DNA of 63,526 bases, filler included, from Collodictyon triciliatum (GCA_043381765.1; 14 parts of 14 records of this genome joined end to end with filler, not necessarily neighbours in it), one strand, 5' to 3'; shown: positions 36,001-53,992, counted from the first letter of the whole stretch. Notes: a model not told the origin generated them from the letters alone. Numbers and translations are program-made.

Positions 36001-37578
36001 GGCTTGGCGTCTGAGGCGTTGTGCTTTGATTATACTTATTAATAACTCGTTTGAAGCTATTTCAGCTTCGTCTTTTGTTATTACAGGAATGCTTTCAATA
36101 GCTGTTTCCGCTTCTACTTTTTTATATGCTTGTACTTGCTGCATATAAATCAACATCATTCTGGCTTGGAAAGAAGGGTCAATGTTGCTAGGTAATTGTG
36201 CCCCTAATGTCGGCAATTGATCAATTAATGCGTCTCTTTCTTGTCGCAGTTGTTTAATTTGTTGTTTGACAGTTGGTCCCGATTCTGCTTCGGCTACTGC
36301 TGCTCCTTTTTTTCCCTGCTGCTCGAGCTGCTGCTACCATCGCATCCCTTTCAGCTTGTTTGGCTTTTCTTGCGTCTCTTTCTGCGGCTCTTTCAGCTCG
36401 CTCTTTATTTAATCTGCGCTCTAACAGGGCTTCGGCAATCAACTCTTCTTCGGCCAGTCGTTCGAGTAGAATCAATCTGGCATCTCTTAGTTCTTGTTTA
36501 GTCTCCTCATCAACCCAGACATTGTAAAGTGTTTGTCTCACTTCTGCGGTAAGGTACTCGTTCAATACTGCTTCGGCATTGTTCCATTCTGTATCATCAT
36601 AATCTCCTGAGGGTACAAACTTTGGAAAGTCTGTGTATAGTAGAATTCCTCGTGCACGCAGCAATTGTAAAATGCGATTACAAAGTGCGTGGATGTGTGT
36701 CGTGACTGGTACAAGGTTTTTGCGTTTTTGTAGGTACTCTAAAACAAAAATCTCTTTGGTACTGGCCGAAAAGGTGTTTCGAAGCAGGCCGTAACGAGCA
36801 CTGATCTGGTCAGCGTCTAATAAAACTGTATTCTCGTCTTCTTGTTCTTCTTCTTGTTCTTCTTCTTGAACTTCTTCTTCTTTGTCTTTATCTAATTCGG
36901 TTGTGTCTATTTCTCGAAATACTTATTGTGGTTCACCGGGTGTTTCAGCTACTTCAGCTGCCTCTTCAAATTGTGAGGTACCTGTTGCTGATTCTGTTGC
37001 TGTACTTTCTATAGAAGCTTTTACGGATCTAGCAGGTGGAGGGGGTCCATTTGTTGTGTCGCTTTACTACTACTGGCAGCGGGTTTACTAGGTGCCTCAG
37101 GTTCTGGTTCGTCGTCGGCCCCAGCAGTATATTCAACGGCTTCTTTAGGTTTTGGTGGTGGTGGTTTCATAATAAGATTTATATCCGTAATCGTTTTATT
37201 TCTTCTTGCCATTTTCATTGCCAATGCCCTTCTAGTGTCATCGGCGGTTGGCCCTTTTCCTTCCTGGGCGGATTTCTTTTTACCAGTATATAATGTATAT
37301 ATATTTTCTAGGATAAAAGGGGCATCTTTCTGGTTAGCTAATGCTCTTTGATAAGCAATTTCTGCAGTTTGATACGACTCATCTTCAGTATCTTTGGGGT
37401 ATTGCAATCTAGCAATTCGCTTTATATTTGTTATTATCTGACTCGCATTTCTTGCTTTAGGTCCAAGTAAATAATCTAACAATTGTTTCATTTCTTTTGG
37501 TTCTTTCTCATTTGCATATCTTGCAGAATTAAGCTCCTTAAAGATTTCCTTGAACTTTTCTTCTTGTGATGATCCCAT
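33075..37578 (-). pseudogene. Giant intronless coiled-coil gene (about 1500 codons or more, 3'-truncated) with 2 frameshifts and 1 nonsense codon; candidate viral/foreign origin
   Basis: ORFs 37021-37629, 36254-36664 and 33019-36216 join into one continuous protein through a frameshift at ~37025-37063, a TAA at 36923-36925 and a +1 shift at the A7 run 36307-36313. Probable ATG at 37578. Confidence 0.7.
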
Positions 37579-37910
37579 AAACAAGCTTATATTTTTATCT
37601 TGGGAAATGTATGATTGTAAACTACGCACAACGAGGAGCGCGAGGAGTTGGTCGATTCCTTACTACATCAACTAACAGAGCNNNNNNNNNNNNNNNNNNN
37701 NNNNNNNNNNNNNNNNNNNNNNNNNTTAATTAATTAANNNNNNNNNNNNNNNNNNNNNNNNNNNNNNNNNNNNNNNNNNNNAGAAGAAGAAGAAGAAGAA
37801 GAAGAAGAAGAAGAAGAAGAAGAAGAAGAAGAAGAAGAAGAAGAAGAAGAAGAAGAAGAAGAAGAAGAAGAAGAAGGAAAAGCACAAATTTTCATTTGAA
37901 TAACACGCAC

Positions 37911-42273
<4,363 letters not shown>

Positions 42274-42342
42274 CTGCAATAGGTCAGTCGTAATTGAGAA
42301 CATTTGCATGGGAACGCGGATGAACACAAACAACAATTGAAA

Positions 42343-42374
<32 letters not shown>

Positions 42375-42708
42375 GGGGGGGGGGTAAAAAAAAAAGAAAA
42401 AAANNNNNNNNNNNNNNNNNNNNNNNNNNNNNNNNNNNNNNNNNNNNTTAATTAATTAANNNNNNNNNNNNNNNNNNNNNNNNNNNNNNNNNNNNNNNNN
42501 NNNAAAAACAAAAAAACAAAAAAACAAAAAAACAAAAAAACAAAAAAACAAAAAAACAAAAAAACAAAAAACAAAAAACAAAAAACAAAAAACAAAAACA
42601 CCAAAAACAAAAACAAAAAAAATTCCAGAAAGCAAAAAGTTGAGGAAAAAAGTTCAAAACTCCAAAAACAATAGAAAGACAACTTCTTTTGTCCTTCCAC
42701 AAGGCAGC

Positions 42709-45222
42709 ATGTTCCACACAGACTATCAGGATGTCGACTCGGACCACGCAGAGTTGGTCCACGTGACGGGAGAAGACCTCGTAAGTGTACAGATAAACCC
42801 TCACAAAGATGTGTCTCTGCTCAATTGGTATCTTATGCCTGGTGTCGAATCATGTTACACATCTTGATATTTTCCCAGAATGCACTATGCTTGATATTTA
42901 TTGAGGGGTCGTTTTCTCCTCTTTGCACTCTTAACTTTTATATATATATATATATATTTTGCATACCTTTATCATTCTTTGTGTTTGAATGCTCGGGCGA
43001 CAGAAAATCCCGTCGGCTACATATTGGCAAACGTGCTTCAACCTGGGAAACCTCTTGCTCGGACTTGGCATTCTATCGCTGCCGTATTCCCTTCGTGAAA
43101 GCGGGTTTGTGTTTGATATCAGCCAGCTTCATGCATTCTCCCTTCCAAAGACTATCTATCCAGCAGTTTATTTGTCCTTGCAAGTTTGATTCTCTCACAC
43201 TTGCGTGAGAGCATTTACACTCTTGTACTATTTCATCTACCACATGAATAAATAAAATGGGATGTAAGGAAAAGTAGAGTAACAGTATTAAATATAAACA
43301 GATGGTTTGGGCTGCTGCTTTTGTTGATGTATGCGGTCATCACCAATTACACCGGACGGATGATACAGCGTTGCATCGAGCAAATACCCAATGCGAGGAA
43401 CTTTGGAGACATTGCGTTTGCAGCATACGGCCCGCGAGGCAGAACGTTCTTCAAGTGGCTGATAAACACTGATATCTATGCTTTCCTTGTTGTCCTGATT
43501 ATTGTGGAGGGTGACAGCCTCTCGGAACTCTTTCCAGACGTGAGGATTTCCATGTTGTTGCCCAGAATATCTCCATTCCTCCGAGACGTTGAGTAGAATC
43601 GTCTAGTTGTCTGCTTATCCGCCTATTTACTCATTCATCTACCTGTTCATTCCTGTAGGTTGACCACACATTCATGGTTTGCATGGCTACTCTCGTCATA
43701 CTTCCATCCGTATACTTTAGAGATCTTTCATGGCTTTCATATATAAGGTAAGGCCCAAGATTGGGCCTAATAGTAATTGTCTATATCTCTGACATTTTCT
43801 CATGCACAAAACATTTGATTGTTTTTCAAGTTCATGACCAATATTTGAATATTTTATTCCAGTCTCATCATTACACCGCCATGAGTTTGATTATAATTTT
43901 TTATTTTAACAATAGTTTCTTGGGCGTGTTTTCTTCGTTTTTCCTGCTGCTTGTGGTTCTATACGAGGGACTCAGCAATTCATCCTCGCCAGGCTCCATC
44001 ACAGCCCCATCAGAGACCGAGTTTGTCAATATCGGCGACATGGGTGTCTCGCTTGGTCTGCTGATGGTTTGCTACGCCGGGCACGCAATCCTCCCAAACA
44101 TATACTTTTCCATGCGGGACCCATCCGATTTTCCACGGTGGGCTCTTCTCTTTTTGTAGTTGATATTCGCCACATCATTCATAAACATTTACCTTTCAAG
44201 AGTTTATTTTCCATTCAAATATACCATCTATGAATTGTATGGATTTTATTCTTGCATCAATGACTCTGCTTTGTACGCATTTCTGACGTAATCTTCCATT
44301 GTAAATCCAACCTTTTAGAGCACTCAACGTCAGTTATGTCGTTGTTACGGCGGCATACGGCCTGATGGCTGCAATCGGCTACATGATGTATGGACAAGAT
44401 ACAGAGAACCAAATCACTCTGAATCTCCCGAGGAACAGCAAGCTCTCTGATGTATAGCAAACAAGCTTTCATTTTTAATGCTCATGGCATTCATACACAT
44501 ACATTTCTTTCTTTCAATCGAACCCGCCTTTTACCTTAAATCAAAACCAATTTTATTTTCACTTTGTTCTATTGTGCCTTATTTTTCCTTCTCAGGCTGC
44601 AATATGGCTGTTTGTCATCAATCCGGCATCCAAGTTTCCTGTACTATTACAACCAGGTTGGCATTTTTGAATCGTCATAATAATGAAATGGTAACAATAA
44701 TGTAGCTTCACATCTCATATCACATGTCCTGTCATATCCATCCCACACTAGTTGCAACCACCATCGAAGACTGGTACAAGGAGCAAAGCTACCCTTACCA
44801 GAAGCCTTTCTTTTACTTCAACCGCACAGCCATCACAGGAAGCGCCCTAATCATCGCCCTTACGGTAATCACACCCATACCACACCCCGATCATCCCTGT
44901 GATTGCACACGCGGCATCGGCGTCTCATCTATATAGTTTTTTTCTTTCTTTTCTTCATGTCTGATTTCTCTGCTCTTCTTTTCTTCTTCTTCTTTTTCTT
45001 CTTCGTCTTGTGCAGTTTGATTACTTTGAACGCGCGTTGTCGTTCATCGGGTCCATCTTTGCGTGCACAGCGTCGATTATCTTCCCAGCCGCGTGCTACT
45101 TGCATATGTTTGAGAAGCGCATGACTGCGTTCGACAAGGCAGTCACATACGCCATCATCGTGATTGGTGCCGTCTCAGCCATCATCGGCACGCTGTGGGC
45201 CACCGTGTTTTTTGATGATTGA
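42709..45222 (+). CDS. Amino-acid transporter, AAAP/AVT1-like (Aa_trans), multi-exon
   Basis: QTCFNLGNLLLGLGILSLPYSLRESGW, YTG, FGDIAFAAYG, CYAGHAILPNIYFSM, GYMMYG..QITLNLP and SFIGS..SIIFPAACYL. The start may lie further upstream. Confidence 0.9.
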
Positions 45223-45662
45223 AATATCATCCCCTCCTTCATCAAATTATCCGCAATCGTGCGACTTTGTCCCAAACGGATACGAAGAAGAAAAGATGAG
45301 TGCGAGAAGCACAAACTGGTTCATCAATCTGCGTCTTATTCCATCACTCCCCCCACTTCCCTTCTATGGTTTCATCATCACCGTATCATCGCCATCATTA
45401 TGCCCTGCATCACACCAACCAAAGCAAATCCATATTGCTGAATTCCGAATAAATCCACTGTCGTATATTATAAATATGATACCCCCCTTTTTTTTTTATC
45501 TTTCTTCTATAATGATGATGATGAAGATGACCGTGAATAGGCGATGAGAGGGGGTTTTTTTTTCTTCACTTTCTTGATTTTATAGCCATTTTCCCTAGTT
45601 GAAAGCAAACATCCAAAAAAAAGAAAAAGAAAAGACACACACACATATATATAAATATCTGC

Positions 45663-47008
45663 TCAAACCCTGTAATAGTACCACACAAACCAGACAACAA
45701 AGAGCGTGGCGAGAATGCCGCCCGCGACAATCCAACCATCCACGTAGTTTTTGCGGTCGGCAATGCGCAGAATCGAGTTGGAGAGGCCGAGGATGTCGAA
45801 GATGTCGCTGACTTTGCGCCGTGTGCCGTGCAGAAGTTCGCGCTGCTCCGACAGAGACTGCAACACGGATGCGCCGACCGAGCCGATTTCGTCCATTCGC
45901 CGTGTGGAGCGGCGCAGTCCGTCCCGTTCGCGGAGAAGCGGTGCGCTGTTCATGTTGATTACGTGGTCCTTTGCATGTGTATGATTTGTTTGTGAATCTT
46001 TTGTATTGTGTAGTTTGTTTGTGATTTGTGTGCGATGGAAATAATTATAGTGGAGGGAAATGGACTAATAGGATGGCGAGGGAATAGAGTCATGTTGATG
46101 CTATCCATGTGACAGTGTTGAAGACAATAAAAAAGACAATAAAAAAGAAAAAGAAAAGAAAAAGAAAAGAAAAAGAAAAAGAAAAAGAAAAAGAAAAAGA
46201 AAAAGAAAAAGAAAAAGAAAAAGAAAAAGAAAAAGAAAAAGAAAAAGAAAAAGAAAAAGAAAAAGAAAAAGAGAATAAAATAAGTAAAGACGCACTGGGC
46301 GTTCTCCAAAGAGCTCTTGTCTTTCTCGCTCTTCGAGTCGTTTGCGATGCTCTTTGTCCATGTGGCTGTCGATGGTTCTTCGCAAAGACTGATAGTTTTG
46401 TGTGGCGCTTTGGAGTTTCCTGTGACATGCAGATTCATCCTTATCTTTTATGCCTTTTTGTATTTACTGAGAACACGATTGTTATTTTATATATATTTGT
46501 TATTTATTGATATCCAATTCTTAATTTAATTTTGTCTGTATATAATTTTGAAGAAGTTGTAACCTCTGTAATAAATCGCGTCGATTTGCTGGTTCGCGTT
46601 CAAGAAGTCCACTCATGGAATGCACCAGTGTGCCGAGGCGTCCAGCTTCCAGTGTAATCTGACTCGGCAGACAAGTTTTTATTTATGTGTTCAAATATTT
46701 CTTTTTGTCATTTTTTTCTCCTTCTGATTCTCATCCATATTTTTATTTCCCACTTTTTTTTATTACTTTCTTTTTTCTTTTTTTCTATTTACTCTTCATT
46801 TTCTGACAAGAGCATCGCCAAGCTTTTCGTCGGAATGAAGGGTACATAGCGGGGAACAACATGGCTGAAGGAATAAACAGCAAGGATGTTTCTGGCAGAG
46901 ACTGACCTGGTCCTGAAGCTGCGTACTTGTGTTGCCCGACTCGATCTTGAGAAGAAGGTCGTGGCACTTGAGTGAGAGAACTTGTGCTTCCTGCAATGCA
47001 GCGTCCAT
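45663..47008 (-). CDS. GOSR2: Golgi Qb-SNARE membrin/Bos1/GOSR2, 4 exons, complete
   Basis: ERERQELF, SNARE motif LQSLSEQRELLHGTRRKV.DI..ILGLSNSILRIADRK and a C-terminal TM helix; convergent with the transporter gene. Confidence 0.88.
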
Positions 47009-47600
47009 CGACGGCAACCTTCTTTTCCTTTCTCCTTCTCCTACTGTCGGGCAAGTGTCTCGGTGGCGTGTATTTTCTCAAATATAAAATATAAAACAAA
47101 AAAAACAAAAAAAACAAAAAACAAANNNNNNNNNNNNNNNNNNNNNNNNNNNNNNNNNNNNNNNNNNNNTTAATTAATTAANNNNNNNNNNNNNNNNNNN
47201 NNNNNNNNNNNNNNNNNNNNNNNNNTTTTTCTTTTTTTCTTTTTTTCTTTTTTTCTTTTTTCTTCTTTTTTCTTTTTTCTTTTTTTCTTTTTTTCTTTTT
47301 TTCTTTTTTTCTTTTTTTCTTTTTTTTCTATCTTTTTTTTCTCTTCTTTTTTTTCTCTTCTTTTTTGTTCCGAAACAATAATTTCCGGTGTGAATTTATT
47401 AAAACGGCAGAACCCACGTTTTGTCGCATGTCGGGGGTCAAATCTGTCAGCCCAAAAGACAGCCCCACAATCACGCGCACCGATCATTCGGTGCAGGCTT
47501 TAGCAAAAAGGGAGGAAAAGCCAGAAACAAAACCATAGCAAACCGGAATGAAGCCGTACACCAATCCACCAGGCGATTCTCTCCACGCACAGGCCGACCA

Positions 47601-50600
47601 ATGGAGTCAGCAGATTTCCACGCAGCAAAGGCCGCAAAGGCGTATCCAATCAGTGGCCGCCCCACCGATCAGCCAGACACGTTCTTCCGCCCGCTGAAGC
47701 CGAAGCGGTCGCTGCCCACACTTCCTCCTCCTCTTTCTCCTTCTCCTTCTCCTTCTCCTGCTGCTGCTGCTTCGCCCACCTCCGAACACGGGTCCGAATC
47801 TTCAGCGCCAAGCGCCTTCCCGGCTGACTCAGCAGCCGTGGAGCGAAACATGACTGAGACTGAGTCCGGCTTGGAGGGCGAGCAAGAGAAACGCCTCGAC
47901 TCTGCGGCGGTGTCGGCTCACGGGCCTCAACCCAGGCGGCGGGCCCAACATGATCCGTTGCTGGAAGGAAAAGCTGATGAGAAGAAGGCCACCGTGTGCA
48001 CAAGAGGCCTGGTCTTTTTTTACCTCGAAAGTGAGGAGCTCCAGGCTGACTATTTGCAGACGTGGAAGTCTCTGCCCTCTGTGTTGGCTCAGGTGTGTTT
48101 TCTTGCTGGGAGCTTGCAGCTTCCTTTTTTCTTCTTTTAGTCTTTGTAAGGATTTTTGTATAGAATAAACGTTTATAATCGTCAACAAGCTCAATTCACT
48201 GATTCATTTTCCTTTCATTTTTCTTTTCTTTTTCTATTTCTTTTTCTATTTCTTTTATTTTATTCTTCTATTTCTTTTTCTTTTACCTCCTTTCTTTTCC
48301 TATTTTGAATCAAAGGCCTTCTCAGTGGCCACATCGCAGCATGCATCGGTTGAATTGGTTGGTTCTGCGGTCAAGATATCGCAGTCAGTTCGGACCATCA
48401 TAAAATATGCCCGGCTAGCTAGCGGAAACTGTCCCCATTCTGTTTGTATTTGACTTCCTTTTCCTTTGTACACATTTCTTATTTTTTTTCCATTTTTATT
48501 AATGAAAATGACGTCTTCTTTCTCATTCATAATCTAACTCTATGAGGGGCATGAATACATGCTAATCTTCCCTTCTGAATTTAAATCTTCTGATATCCTA
48601 TATCTTCACAAATGATCCGCCAAAATAGGATATCCAAGAGACGATTGAAACATATGTTCTCGCCTTGATGCAGCGACAAGATAATTTATTTGATTCCATT
48701 AAAAGCATACAACAGGATTCTTCAAATCGTATTATGCATCATCAAGTAATGTTTTACTTCGCTTCTTTATTTCTACGCATGCACATAGCACGATTATTAC
48801 ATAAAAGCATCTATTAGTGTAGCTTACCGTCACTTCTTAACACGTTTTATTCAATCGGGCAGCTTATCACCTCGATCAAGTCTCTGCAAAATGCTGCTCT
48901 ACAACTAGTTTCCTTAGGATCGTCTGATTCAGAACAAAACTCGAGGGATTCAGAACTGTCTTTTTTCCAAAATGACCCTATAGTCTGCGAGTCAAAGTCA
49001 ATTTTGGAAGTAATTATAATCTCTTACCGTCATTTTTTCAGAACTCGTATATGCAATTTACTCATTATTTATATTCAAGGGATAAAATTGCACACTATTT
49101 CATCTTCAATATGTAATGGAGACTTATTAATTCCAACCATATGCAAGGCTTTAGACAGAATAATAAGCCTATCCGATTTTGAAGATAACTGGCCTCATTT
49201 TGCACGATGTACGGCTCGTTTGGTGTCGATTATACCACAACAATTGACCATGTGCAAGCGATCTTGCATAAGAAGCGCTTTGTCGGATATTACAAACAAT
49301 CTAAGGTTTTTTTTGTTACTAAATTGTAAGATCTTTGTTTTCTCCTAAATTTTTGAGATCTAGTTCATTTTGTGAATGTCGCACAGTTGTTAAAACTTAA
49401 TTCATTATTTTTTTTTCACAGTGAGTCTCACTCAGATCTCCTTGAAATCTCAAAACGGGCCTCTCTAGACCCCATCGCCTTAGTGCAATTTTTTCATACA
49501 AAGTATTTATCTTCTTAATCGGTTATCCTAGCTTCTTTTCTTGCTATTTCTTGCCCTTTTTCCCCTTTTCCCCCTTTTTTCTCTTTTTTCTCTTTTTTCT
49601 CTTTTTTCTCTTTTTTCTCTTTTTTTCTCTTTTTTTCTCTTTTTTCTCTTTTTTTCTCTTTTTTTCTCTTTTTTTCTCTTTTTTTCTCTTTTTTTCTCTT
49701 TTTTTCTCTTTTTTTCTCTTTTTTTCTCTTTTTTCTCTTTTTTCTCTTTTTTCTCTTTTTTCTCTTTCTTTCTTTCTCTTTTGTAAAAGCTTCTGTTAAT
49801 ATGATTCGCTAATTTTCTTGCTCTACGAGTATACGTGAAATCCGAGGCCTTTTGTTAACTTATTCCTTTATTTAAGTCGAGGCAGCATTTTAACGCAGTT
49901 TATCATATTTCCTATCAGATATCAATTGAGGCTATCAGTTGTAAAACTCATTTCGTTAGCGTACATAAGAAGTCAACAGAACATAGCTATCAAATGCATT
50001 GGGCAATCATCATTCAATATGGAAGAAGTTTGCAAAGTCTTTAATGCCCAGATCAAACGGTATGACGAGGTAAAATTATAATATTTATTTAGAAGAAAGA
50101 TAGAAATAAAGCAAATCAAGAAACAAAATTATGCTTTTTTAAAATAAAAAAATGTACACACGACTCAAAATAAAAGAAAAAAGAAGCATTTGGCGATTAG
50201 CTTAGAAATATTTGGTTTAAACAGGTCCTCAAGCCTTATTTTGTTCAGACAAGTGCCTTTTTAGCGTTGGTTCAAAAAGATATAGCCAATATATCCACAA
50301 CACTTATGTCACCACCTAGTCTTATTCCTATAGCAGAGTCTCTCAAATCATCAACAAAATTACTCTATGAATCTATTTGTTCAAATCCTGGGTAAGTATC
50401 CTGTAACCATTAATTTTTTTAACTCTAGTCACATGATTTAAATTTACTTGCGCCTCATAGGCTGGCAACAGCTTTGTTTGACAACATGAAGACTCGAACA
50501 TGTTTACTGAATCATTCCTCTCCTGTATTGTGGAACGGGGACTGGTTGTCTTACACCTTGACCTCTTTTGCAAAACGCCTATCAGAGTAAATATTCATTT

Positions 50601-51730
50601 TATTCCATCATATGCAGATTAATATAAAATATTAGCATTCCAGTCGATAGTCCTTTCAATGGTCGATGCACACATTAGTTGTTGATTTTCTAAAAGAAAA
50701 TTCAAAAATTCAAATATATTAGCAATTCGTCTCTGTACGTTCAACTGGCTGCCATAACTCAGGCATTTGTTGCATCTATCTCTCGTGTTGTCAATATCAT
50801 ATCTATGGCAAAGGCTCTCCGAGCTATAAGAACTCAAAAGTCATCAGAAACCATCCGTCGTCTCTCATGGACATCAAGTGAACCTGTGCAGCCGAAATCC
50901 ACAGCTCGGGCTAGCTCTCCTTCTTTGGTTCTTCATCCTATTTCCGAAAATATATCTGATATCTGGACAGATTTAGAGTCAGAGAACGGACGAAACATAA
51001 TGTTCTCGTGAGTTTTTTTTTCCCCCTTTCCTTTTTCTTTAAGAAATCAATAATCTCACTCCTTTATCCTACAACTTGTATATTTATTTTTCGTATGTAT
51101 AATGTTGATTTAAATTATGAAGTGCATGCAAAGAATTTAATGAAAAATATATCATCGATAACTGAAACCCGTGAGTATGGATGATAGAGAAAAAGATGGA
51201 GGGAAACTACGGGCTGCTACAATAAATAAATTAATTGAGCGACTGACTTCATCTGACCATGGTATACTAAACGTGATATAAAAAGCCAAAATTTTAGCTC
51301 CTTGTTTCATCTCCACTCATTCTATTCATACACATATGTGTTTGTCGTTGGGAGATATTGTAATGCAATACCATATAAATCCCTACCCCTCCTCCCTTAC
51401 TTATTTTATTTAGATATGGCCTTTGCAAAGGCTTTTCTAGCAACGTACAAATCTTTTATCTCTCCGCAGACACTTTTAGAAAAGTTATTAGAAAGGTAAT
51501 CTTGATTTGGTAGCATAATTATTATTACAACCGTATTTAGTTGTGATGGAGAATGTCATGACTAAAGTGGTTTTATAAGGATTTAAACTAACACTACTCA
51601 TGTTTTCTCTTTCAATCTGTTGATGTTGATATGTGCAGATATCAAGTACCTGCGCGCTATAACGAACAATCGAATCTAATCAAGCTCAGAGTATGCAACG
51701 CCCTTCACCTATGGATCCGCGCTGACGTTG
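47601..51730 (+). CDS. Ras guanine-nucleotide exchange factor, N-terminal part up to the REM domain; 3'-truncated
   Basis: REM motif LRAATINKLIERLT..DMAFAKAFLATYKSFISPQTLLEKLLERY..IKLRVCNALHLWI at 51200-51720, preceded by Pro/Ser-rich and helical exons whose boundaries are less certain. Confidence 0.78.
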
Positions 51731-51760
51731 GTTTCGATACTTTACTTTTTCACTTTTACC

Positions 51761-51842
<82 letters not shown>

Positions 51843-52079
51843 TTATTNNNNNNNNNNNNNNNNNNNNNNNNNNNNNNNNNNNNNNNNNNNNTTAATTAAT
51901 TAANNNNNNNNNNNNNNNNNNNNNNNNNNNNNNNNNNNNNNNNNNNNCAAAAAAACAAAAAAACAAAAAAACAAAAAAACAAAAAAACAAAAAAACAAAA
52001 AAACAAAAAAACAAAAAAACAAAAAAACAAAAAAACACAAAAACATAAAAACAAAAGAAGACTTGTTACTGCAAACAGA

Positions 52080-53992
52080 ATGGGTCGTGGGCCAAAAGGT
52101 CGATCGAACTTTCCGATAAGGCAAAGCCAGCAGCTGACTTCAGACGATGCACGTGAGAGACAAGGTAGCATCCAACCCGCTATTGGTGTCATTCACCCGT
52201 TTCTCACCAAAGAGCTTTATGCCCAAGCCTCTTGTATATTTCTATATTATTGTATTTTTCTTTCGCTGCTTCTTTCTTCCCCTTCTTATATATATGAATG
52301 TGGACATAAAAAAATCATATAAAATAGCATGCAGCTCGCTTTGGTCCCGCAAAGCATGATGATTTCTTCAAATATATTGAGCCTATTTAACCTTATTAGA
52401 TGATGGCGATGACCCTGAAATGAGAGCAGCTCGTTTTCCGATACCCTTGGCCATGTGGGTATGTTAGCCAATAGATAAGCCAGTAGTTTGAAAGTCTAAT
52501 CACCTATAGTGCGATGCACATGATAAATATGTTGAATTACAGAAGGAAAATATTCACCCTCTTTCTCCTCTTCTTTTCCTCTTCGTGAATCAAGGATTTC
52601 GGGCAGTGTGACTCCAAAAAGTGCACAGGAAGAAAACTTGCTCGTAAAGGGTATGTCAAAGAGCTCACTTTACAACAGCGGTTTCGTGGCATCATACTGA
52701 GGTTAGCTACAAGTTTTCTGTTCATGTATTCTTTTGTTCTATATAGCCTAGTATAAAGTCTTTAATCAAAAATAGATTAACATGGTATATACATTTGGGA
52801 TAAATATAATCTACTAACTCAAACAAATGCATAGTCCGAATGGAAGTCGCACAGTGTCCCCAGAAGACTACGAGATAATCAATACTCACGGCGTTGCTGT
52901 GGTGGACTGTTCATGGGCCCAGTTGCAGTTAGTTCCATTCGCCAAGATTCGAGGGCACTTGCGCTTATGTAAAAAAGCCTTCCAAAGATAGGAAACAAAG
53001 AAACAAAGAAACAAAGAAACAAAGAAACAAAGAAACAAAGAAACAAAGAAACAAAGAAACAAAGAAACAAAGAAACAAAGAAGCAAAAACCAAACAAAAA
53101 ACCAAACAAAAAACCAAACAAAAAACCAAACAAAAAAGTAGAAAAAAGTGCTATATCCAGTACTCGAAGTAATGCTGATTGCTTACTCTGAGTTAGTGCC
53201 ATATCTTGTTGCTGCAAACCCGGTCAACTACGGAAAGCCATTCAAGCTGTCATGTGCTGAGGCTATTGCTGCGGCTTTATACATCGCCAAAAAGGATAAC
53301 GAGGCCGATGAGGTTTTGAGTATGTTCAAATGGGGCTCTGGATTTTATCCAGTTAATAAGTAATTTCCTCATTCTGAATTGCAACTAATTTGACAATCAT
53401 TGAAGGACAATCTCTCGATAGAAGAACGAGTTCTTTTTATTATTACTTTACTTCATTTTCATTTACTTCTCTGTCAACATAACCCCCAAAATCGCATTTT
53501 TATTCCTCGCGATAATATGTGGATATGCAGGGATCTATTTGATGGGTACCGAGAATGTGGTGACGGGAAGCAAGTCATTGAATTCCAACAGAGATACCTC
53601 AGCCTCCACGAAAATGCGCCAAAGGGGGATGATGACGACCCTTACCGCGACCTTCCAGGTTGGGACACTCTTATATTTTCTCATCAGTTTCGCCTCACAT
53701 TATTTAGTCAAATTGTTACGATTTATGCCAATTAAATCAGTATCTTATCTGTTTTTTTTTTTTTTTTATTCGAAGCTCTTATTTAAATCGAAATTTTTTA
53801 ACAGGTAGTTCAGACGAGGAGGGCGAAAAAGCAAATGAAATTGGCAACGGAGAAGAGGAAGAGGAAGAGGAAGAGGAAGAGGAAGAGGAAGAGGAAGAAG
53901 AGGAAGAAGAGGAAGAAGAGGAAGAAGAGGAAGAGGAAGATATTTCTTCTGCTCTCCGTGACAAGACCAACTCATTTAACTTTGATGACTAA
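52080..53992 (+). CDS. TSR3: 18S rRNA aminocarboxypropyltransferase TSR3, multi-exon, complete
   Basis: [63 protein letters not shown] and a poly-Glu tail; TAA at 53990-53992. Confidence 0.96.

Noticed and set aside
36923-36925. In-frame TAA as evidence of a reassigned genetic code
   Set aside because: It is a single case in ~1500 codons, alongside frameshifts. Conserved host genes have no internal stops and end in TAA, TAG or TGA.
50390-50460. GTATCCT resembling a U12-type donor
   Set aside because: It lies inside an ordinary TGG|GTAAGT donor. No convincing U12 intron was seen in the window.
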